A stretch of 64,000 nt of DNA from Candidatus Krumholzibacteriota bacterium (GTDB lineage: Bacteria; Krumholzibacteriota; Krumholzibacteriia; LZORAL124-64-63). Positions 56,498-64,000 of this stretch are shown one piece after another. The notes beneath the pieces were generated by a model. That model made no database searches. It saw only the letters and a program-made list of their open reading frames with translations, and was not told the origin of the DNA. Position numbers and translations under genes: made by a program. The DNA lies in the NCBI GenBank assembly GCA_024275485.1, contig JAJRZA010000033.1, forward strand, positions 26,487 to 90,486, in the 5' to 3' direction. How positions within the stretch are numbered: position 1 is the first letter of the stretch; every line of letters starts with the position of its first letter.

Positions 56498-58621
56498 ATG
56501 TCTGGAACCGCCCAAAAGCCTGTAAAACCACAATGGATTCCAGGAATCCTGTTGGCCATTCTGTGCCTGAGTCTGCCAGGAGCCATCTGGGCGTCCACCG
56601 GGCCAAATCCGGCACCTTTGGACACTTTGCAGATCGATCCGGTGAAGGAGGAGGTCGACCCTCGATACAAGGGATCGAACATCGAAATCAGTCGCAAGAG
56701 ATTGCCCGATGTTCAGGCCACAGTGGTGCCACGGGCCAAACCTCCCCGGAAGCCACCTCGTCTGACCCATCCACTCAGTGGAGATTGGTATTTTCAGGAA
56801 GCCCGGGCGGCAGCCGTCCGCAAGGACCGGCCCGCTGTGCGGGAAAATTTGAAACAGGCCCTGGGTGTGGATCCGGACAACACTCTTTTCCTGTGGTGGC
56901 AGGCAGGACAATCCCTGCGGGTTTTCGATACACCCACGGTAGTCAATTCCCTTCCTAAAATTGTGGCCGGGCTCGTGGAGTCACCGGTGGCCAGAGGCCG
57001 GTTGGTGGTGCGCCTGCACCAAACCGCAGTATTGCTGACAGCCTGGTTCTGGACCATGCTGGTGGCCGCGACCTTTCTGAGCCTGTGGCCAAATCTTGCT
57101 CATGATCTTGGCGCCTTGGTTTTCAAGGACCGGAGTCATCCTCTGCGACTGTGGCTGCCTTTGCTCATCCCAATTGTCTTCATTGCCCTGCGGCCAGGTT
57201 GGCTTGGATTCCTGGCCCTGATGAGTGTGGCATTGTTGATCCAGACCCGGGGGAAATTGCGTTTCCTTTTGACAGCCACCTGGGTATCGGCCATTATTCT
57301 GGCCTTCCCTGCCTGGCCTCTGCTGCATCTTGCGCCGCCAACCATTGATCCCAACAGCGAAGTGATTCTCCTGACCAACGCCTGCCGATTGGAGCCTTCG
57401 GGGCCAATGTCAGACCGATTGCGGAGGAACCTGAACAACTCCACCAACCCGGACCGCCAGGCGCGGCTGAGAATCGCCCTGGCCATTCAAGAAGCCCGTC
57501 GAGGGCGTTTTAAAACCAGCGACCAGCTTTTCCAGAAAGTGCTTCAATACGACCCTGATAATTTTTCAGCCCTGATAGGTCTGGCCAACAACACCTATTA
57601 TCGAGGCAACCTTGACCAGGCCCTCGCCCGTTACCAACAGGCCAGAACCGTGAATCCAGATCGTGGCGAAGTAGGCTACAACATGGCCCAGGTCTATTTC
57701 AAAAAACTTTTCATTCCCGAGGCCACCACGGCCCTGGAGCAATCCAGGGAATTGGGTTTTTGGGCGCCTACCCACATGGACAAGAGCGCACGCAACCAGA
57801 GCTATTCTCCCGTTGTTTATCCAGGGTTGTCCTCCGAGGATTTGTTGAAGGCCTGTGCTTTTGAAGCGGGGAACTACCCGCCTCTGGTTACCATTTCTTC
57901 CTGGCAACCCCTCTTGGGAAGCCCTCCTTTGCCTTTGTTCCTGGTTCTCATTGTACCTTTGCTGCTGGCAGCAATTTTGATCCAGTGGTGGAGCCACCAG
58001 AACGATCCACGGGAATGTGAAAACTGTGGTCGCGCCCTCTGTCGGGATTGTTGCCGGGTGAGAGATTCTGCCTGGTTGTGCCCTAATTGTGGGGAGACCG
58101 CCAGCCGCAGCCGTAGCGATGTTGTTTTGGCAACCCTGCTCAAGAATCGTTCCAGGGGCGAGGGCATGAAAAACACCCAACGCATCGTCAATCTGGGTTG
58201 CAGCCTTCCAGGTGCCGGGCATTTGACCAGCGGACGATTTGCCGCCGCCTGGCTGAGATTATCGCTGTTGGCCTGGGGGTGTTTTTTAATCAGTGCGGGT
58301 TGGATTTTCGACAGTGGCGCCCCCTGGAAAAGCCCCGGCATTATCCTTCCCTTTGAAACCATCGATCCGCTTTGGATGCCCCTGCCCAAGGAGATGTGGG
58401 ACGGATGGCTGTCCCTGCCGGTAATCTTCGGCGGCGGTCTGTTGGCCCTGGCCTGGCTGATCGCCCTGCTGGATGTTTCAAACCTGCGTCAGGGAATGCC
58501 CGAACGTTTTTCCTGGGCACCAAATTCCAATCGGAGCCCGGGAAGCGGAAACGCAGAGAAAAGTTTAGCCGATGAAACTCATCCAGGTGTGGCCGTTGGG
58601 CCGGGGCTGGGGAGTTCCTAA
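56498..58621 (+). CDS. Membrane protein with TPR repeats and an internal Cys4 zinc ribbon (CENCGRALCRDCC...CPNCGE)
   Basis: Begins with a signal peptide (ATG start; an alternative GTG start at 56450 is possible). Multiple TM segments and TPR-like helices are present. Confidence 0.5.
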   Translation: MSGTAQKPVKPQWIPGILLAILCLSLPGAIWASTGPNPAPLDTLQIDPVKEEVDPRYKGSNIEISRKRLPDVQATVVPRAKPPRKPPRLTHPLSGDWYFQEARAAAVRKDRPAVRENLKQALGVDPDNTLFLWWQAGQSLRVFDTPTVVNSLPKIVAGLVESPVARGRLVVRLHQTAVLLTAWFWTMLVAATFLSLWPNLAHDLGALVFKDRSHPLRLWLPLLIPIVFIALRPGWLGFLALMSVALLIQTRGKLRFLLTATWVSAIILAFPAWPLLHLAPPTIDPNSEVILLTNACRLEPSGPMSDRLRRNLNNSTNPDRQARLRIALAIQEARRGRFKTSDQLFQKVLQYDPDNFSALIGLANNTYYRGNLDQALARYQQARTVNPDRGEVGYNMAQVYFKKLFIPEATTALEQSRELGFWAPTHMDKSARNQSYSPVVYPGLSSEDLLKACAFEAGNYPPLVTISSWQPLLGSPPLPLFLVLIVPLLLAAILIQWWSHQNDPRECENCGRALCRDCCRVRDSAWLCPNCGETASRSRSDVVLATLLKNRSRGEGMKNTQRIVNLGCSLPGAGHLTSGRFAAAWLRLSLLAWGCFLISAGWIFDSGAPWKSPGIILPFETIDPLWMPLPKEMWDGWLSLPVIFGGGLLALAWLIALLDVSNLRQGMPERFSWAPNSNRSPGSGNAEKSLADETHPGVAVGPGLGSS

Positions 58622-58632
58622 GGAGGTGTGGC

Positions 58633-59709
58633 ATGGCCCTGGAAGGAAAACTGAGTGATTTCAATTTGGCTGAAATCCTCCAACTGATATCCAATCAGCA
58701 AAAGTCCGGTTATCTGAAATTGGTTGCCGCACGGAATATGGTTTTCATCTTCGACAAGGGTAAACTTGTCGGCACTCGCGACCGTCGCAACGATGCCCGG
58801 GATCCCCTGGAAAGTTTTTTGAAAGCCTACGGATTTTTTAATATTGAGCAGTGGAAACATGTGGAATTCGTCTCCCGAAACAGCACCTTGGATCTGACGG
58901 AAATTTTGGTTTCGGAAAACCTTCTCACCGAAGAAAAGCTGTCCAGCGTATTGCAAAGTCTGGCCCAGGAAATGACTACCAGTGGTATGAAGCTGCGTAA
59001 AGGCAGCTATCACTTCAAGGCCACAAAAGGAAGCCCTCCAGGAGTACGCCGCCTTTTCAGCATTGATATTCAGGGATTGTTGATGGAGGCCGCTCGACGC
59101 CTGGATGAGGAAAAGCTGCTCATAGAGGCCCTTCCCAGCCCGAGTATCTGTTTCATCCAGGGCGACAAAGTCATCCCTCAGGAAGCTCTCAGTCAAACGG
59201 GCCAATTCATTATGTCATTGGCTCTAGCTGGATTGCCCCTCGGGCGCATCATCAGGCAGGGACGAGCTGAGAGCTTTGTGGTGCGGAATTTATTGAAGAC
59301 GTGGTGTCATGAGGGTTTTCTACAGGTTGATGATTCCGCAGAAACATCTGTTGACCGGTCGGCAGAAGATACCCGCAAGATAAAAATCCAACTGGGTTTG
59401 GGCTTGCGACGGGCGCCATTGGTTTTTTTGGCCGTGCTGCTTTTGCTGGGGTTTGGCTGGTTGAGATGGACGACACCTCCCATTGCCGACATGACGGTGG
59501 CCGACTCCGTGAGAGCCAACCAACTGCGCAGTGAAGTGCGGAAAGCAGCTACTTTGTTTCGGTATCGGCAGGGACAATGGCCTGAAAGTTTAGAGGTATT
59601 GGTGAACAACGGAACATTATCTTTGAGTACAATGAAGACCCTTGACCAATTGGATTGGCACTATAATCTGGATCAGGCAAAAGACAGGTTTGTTTTGCAA
59701 CAAAGTTAA
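58633..59709 (+). CDS. DUF4388 (PATAN-like) domain protein with a C-terminal TM segment
   Basis: An AGGAGG ribosome-binding site precedes it. The N-terminus LEGKLSDFNLAEILQLI matches DUF4388 as I recall it. Confidence 0.55.
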   Translation: MALEGKLSDFNLAEILQLISNQQKSGYLKLVAARNMVFIFDKGKLVGTRDRRNDARDPLESFLKAYGFFNIEQWKHVEFVSRNSTLDLTEILVSENLLTEEKLSSVLQSLAQEMTTSGMKLRKGSYHFKATKGSPPGVRRLFSIDIQGLLMEAARRLDEEKLLIEALPSPSICFIQGDKVIPQEALSQTGQFIMSLALAGLPLGRIIRQGRAESFVVRNLLKTWCHEGFLQVDDSAETSVDRSAEDTRKIKIQLGLGLRRAPLVFLAVLLLLGFGWLRWTTPPIADMTVADSVRANQLRSEVRKAATLFRYRQGQWPESLEVLVNNGTLSLSTMKTLDQLDWHYNLDQAKDRFVLQQS

Positions 59710-61025
59710 TTTCGGTAAATATTATTGTTTGCACCTTCGGGTCCATGCGTAGCGACCAACATACTATCCGGTTCAAAATAAGCCTTGGCACAACGAGCCA
59801 AATCCTCAACCGTCACCGAATCCACCAAGTCGACCAACTCCACCACCGGTACAAAGCGTCCGTAGTATATTTCGTTGCGGGCAGCCCGGAACATCTGGTT
59901 GACCACACCCTCCAGACTAAAAATAAGCTGGCTCTTGATCTGTGCCCGATTGCTTTCAACTTCCGCATCGCGGACACCCTCGGCAATAAGCCGATCATAT
60001 TCCACGCTGATCACCTCGATCAGGCGCCCAAGTTTTTCAGGAGAACAACTGCCGGCGCAGCTGACCAGACCGGTGTCGCGCCCCATGTCCGAATAGTTGT
60101 AAATAGTATAGGCCAGGCCTTCCCGTTCACGAACGGCCTGAAAAATCCGACTGCTCATGCCACCACCCAAAATATTTGTCAGTAGAAACACAGGCAGGCG
60201 ATCCGGATGACTCAAGGCCACCCCCAGGTTTCCAACCTCGAAATAGGTCTGAATAATGGGGCTGGTCAGTTCGAGACTAAACGGGTCCAATTCTTCCAGG
60301 GCCAGATCAATTATGGCGGCGTTTGCTGGTTTGGCCGGCTTGTTGAACCTGGTCTTCTGCACCCCAGGACGAGCCGGAGCATCCAAACAATCCGCAACGA
60401 TATCACGGAATCGGTCCTGAAGGTTGCCAGCCATGGAGATGACCATGTTGTCGCCGCAAAAAAGCCGTGAGTGGTTTGCACGCAGCAAACCGGGACTGAA
60501 GGAGCGGACGGCTCCTGGAGTTCCCAGGATGGGGCGGCCACGACGATGCTTGCCGTAAAGGCGTGCGGCGTAGGCGTCGTGAAGACGGTCGTCGGGAGTA
60601 TCCAGGGCTTCCTGAATCTCCTCGATGACCACACTCTGCTCCAGGGTCACGAGTTTGGGTTCGAAAGCCGGTTTCAACAGCATCTCAGCCAGCAGCTTCA
60701 CAGCCGACTCGAAGTACTCAGGCAAAACCTTGATGGTGAAAGCCACGGCGTCCTTGGTGGTGAAAGCATCCACAGCTGCGCCCATACTGTCGAAACATTG
60801 GGCGATTTCAAAGGCGGAGTGGTTTTCCGATCCCTTGAACACCATGTGCTCAAGGAAGTGGGAAATCCCGCCAAGACCATCGGGTTCGTCCTGACTGCCG
60901 ATTCGCAACCACACACCCAAAGTTACGGCATGGGCCGTATTCATGGGAGTGGTCAGCAAAACAGCCCCGCCGGGAAGAACCTCCCGGCGGGGTGCATTTT
61001 CGTTCCTGTAGGGATCGAAATTCAT
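59706..61025 (-). CDS. M16-family zinc peptidase (insulinase/PqqL-like)
   Basis: The inverted zinc motif [10 protein letters not shown] is present. Confidence 0.8.
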   Translation of the reverse strand: MNFDPYRNENAPRREVLPGGAVLLTTPMNTAHAVTLGVWLRIGSQDEPDGLGGISHFLEHMVFKGSENHSAFEIAQCFDSMGAAVDAFTTKDAVAFTIKVLPEYFESAVKLLAEMLLKPAFEPKLVTLEQSVVIEEIQEALDTPDDRLHDAYAARLYGKHRRGRPILGTPGAVRSFSPGLLRANHSRLFCGDNMVISMAGNLQDRFRDIVADCLDAPARPGVQKTRFNKPAKPANAAIIDLALEELDPFSLELTSPIIQTYFEVGNLGVALSHPDRLPVFLLTNILGGGMSSRIFQAVREREGLAYTIYNYSDMGRDTGLVSCAGSCSPEKLGRLIEVISVEYDRLIAEGVRDAEVESNRAQIKSQLIFSLEGVVNQMFRAARNEIYYGRFVPVVELVDLVDSVTVEDLARCAKAYFEPDSMLVATHGPEGANNNIYRN

Positions 61026-61037
61026 GCAGACTTCCGC

Positions 61038-63257
61038 TTACCGGCGGCCGCCACGGCCACCACGGCCGCCGCCACCACGATTACCGCCACGGTCGCCACC
61101 ACGGTCGCCACTGCGGGGACGTTCGTCGCGTTGCATGTTCTCCATGCCCTCGGGCACGGGCAACAGGGCTTTGCGACTCAGGCGAACCTTGCCGCTGCGG
61201 CTGTCCACTTCGACCAGCTTGACTTCGATCTCGTCACCAAGCTGCAGAACGTCTTCCACGTTGCCAACCCGGAAGTGCTCCAGCTCGGAAATGTGCAACA
61301 GGCCGTCCTTGCCGGGCAGATATTCCACGAAAGCGCCAAAGTCCACGATGGTCTTGACGATTCCCTTGTACACCTTGCCCACTTCGGGCTCGGCCATCAG
61401 GCCCTCGACGAACTTCATGGCAGCAGCGCCGCCAGCCTGGTCCGTGGAGCTGATGAAGACCATTCCTTCGTCATCCACCTCGATGGTGGCGCCGGTGTCT
61501 TCCTGAATCTTCTTGATGACCTTGCCGCCAGGGCCGATCAACTGTCCGATTTTCTTCACGGGTATCTGGATGGTCTCGATCTTGGGAGCGTATATGCTCA
61601 TCTCGGTGCGGGACTCGGGCATGGCCTCTTCCATCACGTCCAGGATGTGATTTCTGGCGTTCTTGGCGTCGGTCAGGGCCTCGGTCATGATCTCACGGGT
61701 GATGCCGGTGATCTTGGTATCCATCTGGAAGGCGGTGATTCCAGTGCGGGTACCGGTGACCTTGAAGTCCATGTCGCCGAGGTGATCTTCAACGCCCAGG
61801 ATATCGGTCAGCACCGCAATTCGCTCGTCTTCCTTGATCAGGCCCATGGCCACACCTGCAACCGGAGCCTTGATGGGAGCACCGGCATCCATCATCGCCA
61901 GGCAGCAGGAGCAAACCGTGGCCATGGAGCTGGAACCGTTGCTCTCAAGAATATCCGACACCAAGCGCATGGTGTAGGGAAAATCCTCAAGATCAGGCAG
62001 GATGGGGCGGATGGCGCGCTCGGCAAGCTTGCCATGGCCAATTTCACGACGACCGGTGCCACTGTAACGTCCAACTTCACCCACACTGAAGGGAGGAAAG
62101 TTGTAATGCAGGTAGTATTTCGACCAGTACTGCTCGCCGTTCAGGGGCTCGACGCGTTGCTCGGCCTGCTTGCTGCCCAAAGTGACAGTGCCCAGGCTCT
62201 GGGTCTCGCCACGGGTGAACAGGCAACTACCATGGGCACGGGGCAGTACGCCACACTCAACGGTGATGGGACGCACGGTTTTGAGATCGCGACCGTCGGT
62301 GCGCGTGCCCTCGCTGAGGATCATCTCGCGCATGACTTTTTTCTCGACCTTGGCCAAAGCGGTCATCGCGTCGCCGTCATTTTCGCCATCCTCGTTGGTG
62401 AACTCGGCAGCCACCTTCTCTTTGACATCGGACAAGGCGTTGGAGCGCTCAAACTTGCCCTTGACCACGATGGCCTTGCGCAGATCCTCAAAGATAAAGG
62501 ACTCGACCTTGTCGGCCATCTCGGTATTCTCGTCTACAATGGCCATCTCCCACTTGGGTTTGTGGCCAGCCTTCTCCAGCAATTCTTTTTGCAGTCCATT
62601 GAGTTTGCGAATCCACCCGTGGGCAAACTCGACCGCATCCAGCAGACGCTCTTCACTGATTTCCAGGCATTCGCCTTCGATCATGCAGACGATATCGTCG
62701 GTACCAGCGACCACCAGGTCCATACTGGAATCTTCGAGCTGATCAAAGGTCGGATTGGGAATGAACTCGCCGTCGACTTCAGCCACCCGCACAGAACTAA
62801 CCAGCGTAGTAAACGGAACGTCAGAAAGATTCAAGGCCATGCTTGCTGCGGTGATGCTCAGGGTATCGGCATGGAAATCGGTGTCCGCGCTGATGATGAA
62901 TGCTACAACCTGGGTCTCATGGCGGTACCCCTTGGGAAACATGGGGCGCAAAGGACGATCGATCAGCCGGCAAGTGAGGACCTCGCGCTCACTGGGGCGA
63001 GCCTCACGCTTGAAAAATCCACCGGGAATTTTTCCGGAGGCGTAAGTCTTGTTGCGGTACTCCACAAACAGGGGCAGGAAGTCCCTGTCGCTGACACGCT
63101 TGTCCGCGGTGACGGTCAAGAGGCTCATGGTATCGCCCATGCGAACGACCACCGAACCGTTGGCCTGCTTGGCCATGCGACCGGTCTCCATGGAGAACGT
63201 CGTGCCATTCATTTCCATACTCACTGTATGGATGTTCATTTCAACCTGCTTATTCAT
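61038..63257 (-). CDS. pnp: Polyribonucleotide nucleotidyltransferase (PNPase) with a Gly/Arg-rich C-terminal tail
   Basis: RNase PH domains, KH and S1 domains are present, with the characteristic N-terminus; the tail reads [21 protein letters not shown]. Confidence 0.95.
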   Translation of the reverse strand: MNKQVEMNIHTVSMEMNGTTFSMETGRMAKQANGSVVVRMGDTMSLLTVTADKRVSDRDFLPLFVEYRNKTYASGKIPGGFFKREARPSEREVLTCRLIDRPLRPMFPKGYRHETQVVAFIISADTDFHADTLSITAASMALNLSDVPFTTLVSSVRVAEVDGEFIPNPTFDQLEDSSMDLVVAGTDDIVCMIEGECLEISEERLLDAVEFAHGWIRKLNGLQKELLEKAGHKPKWEMAIVDENTEMADKVESFIFEDLRKAIVVKGKFERSNALSDVKEKVAAEFTNEDGENDGDAMTALAKVEKKVMREMILSEGTRTDGRDLKTVRPITVECGVLPRAHGSCLFTRGETQSLGTVTLGSKQAEQRVEPLNGEQYWSKYYLHYNFPPFSVGEVGRYSGTGRREIGHGKLAERAIRPILPDLEDFPYTMRLVSDILESNGSSSMATVCSCCLAMMDAGAPIKAPVAGVAMGLIKEDERIAVLTDILGVEDHLGDMDFKVTGTRTGITAFQMDTKITGITREIMTEALTDAKNARNHILDVMEEAMPESRTEMSIYAPKIETIQIPVKKIGQLIGPGGKVIKKIQEDTGATIEVDDEGMVFISSTDQAGGAAAMKFVEGLMAEPEVGKVYKGIVKTIVDFGAFVEYLPGKDGLLHISELEHFRVGNVEDVLQLGDEIEVKLVEVDSRSGKVRLSRKALLPVPEGMENMQRDERPRSGDRGGDRGGNRGGGGRGGRGGRR

Positions 63258-63413
63258 TGTTCTGTTTTCCTTCCATCAACATCTGCCCGGACCTTCCGGG
63301 ACTTTATGGCAGATGGTGGCTCATTCCACCGAATGCCCCTCGTGGACACCCCTATGGCGCCCCAATTTAACCCACCAAACCCCAAGAAAAGGGGATTGAT
63401 GGAACATTACAAT

Positions 63414-63439
63414 GGCCGCGGATGCAAAACACCGCGGCC
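63414..63439 (-). terminator. rpsO terminator/pnp leader hairpin
   Basis: The stem GGCCGCGG-N10-CCGCGGCC lies between rpsO and pnp, where RNase III and terminator hairpins occur; the U-tract is weak. Confidence 0.4.
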
Positions 63440-63470
63440 ATCGATTCTATGAACATTCAACCTGGCTGGA

Positions 63471-63740
63471 TCAACCGCGAATGCCGAGTTCCTTGATCAG
63501 GTTGCGATAGCTTTCCAGATCCTTCTTTTTCAAATAGGAAAGCAGGCGTTTGCGCTGTCCAACCATCTTCAAAAGACCACGGCGGCTGTGATGATCGCGG
63601 CCATGCATTTTGAAGTGGCCGCCCAGGGTGTTCAAACGTTCGGTCAGCAGGGCAATTTGAACCTCTGGACTACCAGAGTCGCCGTCATGCTTCTTGAACT
63701 TGTCGATTACGTTTTGTTTTTGTTCCTTAGTCAATGCCAT
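63471..63740 (-). CDS. rpsO: 30S ribosomal protein S15
   Basis: The protein starts [15 protein letters not shown] and contains HSRRGLL. Confidence 0.9.
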   Translation of the reverse strand: MALTKEQKQNVIDKFKKHDGDSGSPEVQIALLTERLNTLGGHFKMHGRDHHSRRGLLKMVGQRKRLLSYLKKKDLESYRNLIKELGIRG

Positions 63741-64000
63741 CGTCAAGAACCTCCAAATAACCGTCACGCAATAGCGTCACGATGGCCGCAGGCCAGCAAC
63801 TTTTTCATGTCTGATCCTAAGGTTCACCATGAATAAAGCGTAGGAATGCCCCATTGGCTGGAGCCGACCCGCACGATAAATTGCAGACAAACAGCCGGAA
63901 CCGGGATTACCCCCTTCCGGATGTGTCGGCGCGAATATAGAGAATACTGGACATTTCCGCAAGGTATTTCGGTCAATGACAGCCGAATTGGACAGTTATT

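Noticed and set aside
61038-61130. The PNPase Gly/Arg-rich tail, and the C-terminal extensions of KdsC, PyrG and RsfS, as novel features
   Set aside because: Short low-complexity tails are common lineage-specific decorations, and I see no functional signal in them.
60471-63452. A 993-aa plus-strand ORF
   Set aside because: It is antisense to pnp and the M16 peptidase and has a low-complexity composition. It is a shadow ORF.
1-64000. CRISPR arrays, tRNA/rRNA genes, insertion sequences, integrases and phage genes
   Set aside because: I found no spaced direct-repeat array, cloverleaf-like GC-rich 75-90-nt segments in intergenic regions, transposase or integrase motifs, or terminal inverted repeats by eye. 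The only repeats are the short tandem units listed as features.

Overview
This is a high-GC bacterial chromosomal window. Its gene order matches Deltaproteobacteria/Desulfuromonadales-type genomes as I recall them, but I could not check that.

Most of the minus strand carries conserved housekeeping operons in canonical order: rplU-rpmA, kdsB, pyrG-kdsA-kdsC-kdsD-lpxL-lptC-lptB-rpoN-hpf-hprK, a complete mannose-family PTS (EIIA-IIB-IIC-IID) and ptsH-ptsI. Further along are purN, lnt, purM, argS, rsfS, ispB-like, tatC, nrdR, glyA, rpiB, purE-purD, arcC, trkAH and pnp-rpsO.

The least conventional part is a plus-strand redox cluster at about 16.1-30.3 kb. It contains trxB, nfnAB, a receiver protein with two Lrp/AsnC-type RAM domains, and a NuoE-like gene interrupted by an in-frame TAG. 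These are followed by a NuoF-like subunit that has the extra N-terminal [2Fe-2S] and C-terminal 2x[4Fe-4S] domains typical of electron-bifurcating HydB-type proteins. Next is a 1228-aa fusion whose domain order is [2Fe-2S]-GltD-like-[4Fe-4S]-molybdopterin-like, which resembles SfrB+SfrA. A PAS histidine kinase and an NtrC-family regulator with a degenerate sigma-54 module close the cluster. I read this as a putative HydABC/Stn-like bifurcating NADH/NADPH/ferredoxin oxidoreductase that lacks a hydrogenase domain.

Other items worth a second look:
- An AT-richer 850-bp non-coding island (35.0-35.9 kb) with a 31-codon hydrophobic peptide ORF behind a strong RBS, next to a sigma-54 activator.
- A candidate small RNA in the purN-folE spacer.
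- A hypothetical protein carrying 12-nt tandem coding repeats.
- An ArgRS whose HIGH motif reads NVVS.
- A low-GC, probably horizontally acquired, sulfatase-superfamily membrane protein gene.

I found no CRISPR array, tRNA/rRNA gene, transposase or integrase by eye. The ORF track uses alternative start codons, so several starts are set by alignment to conserved N-termini and ribosome-binding sites. Many long opposite-strand ORFs are shadow ORFs typical of high-GC DNA.
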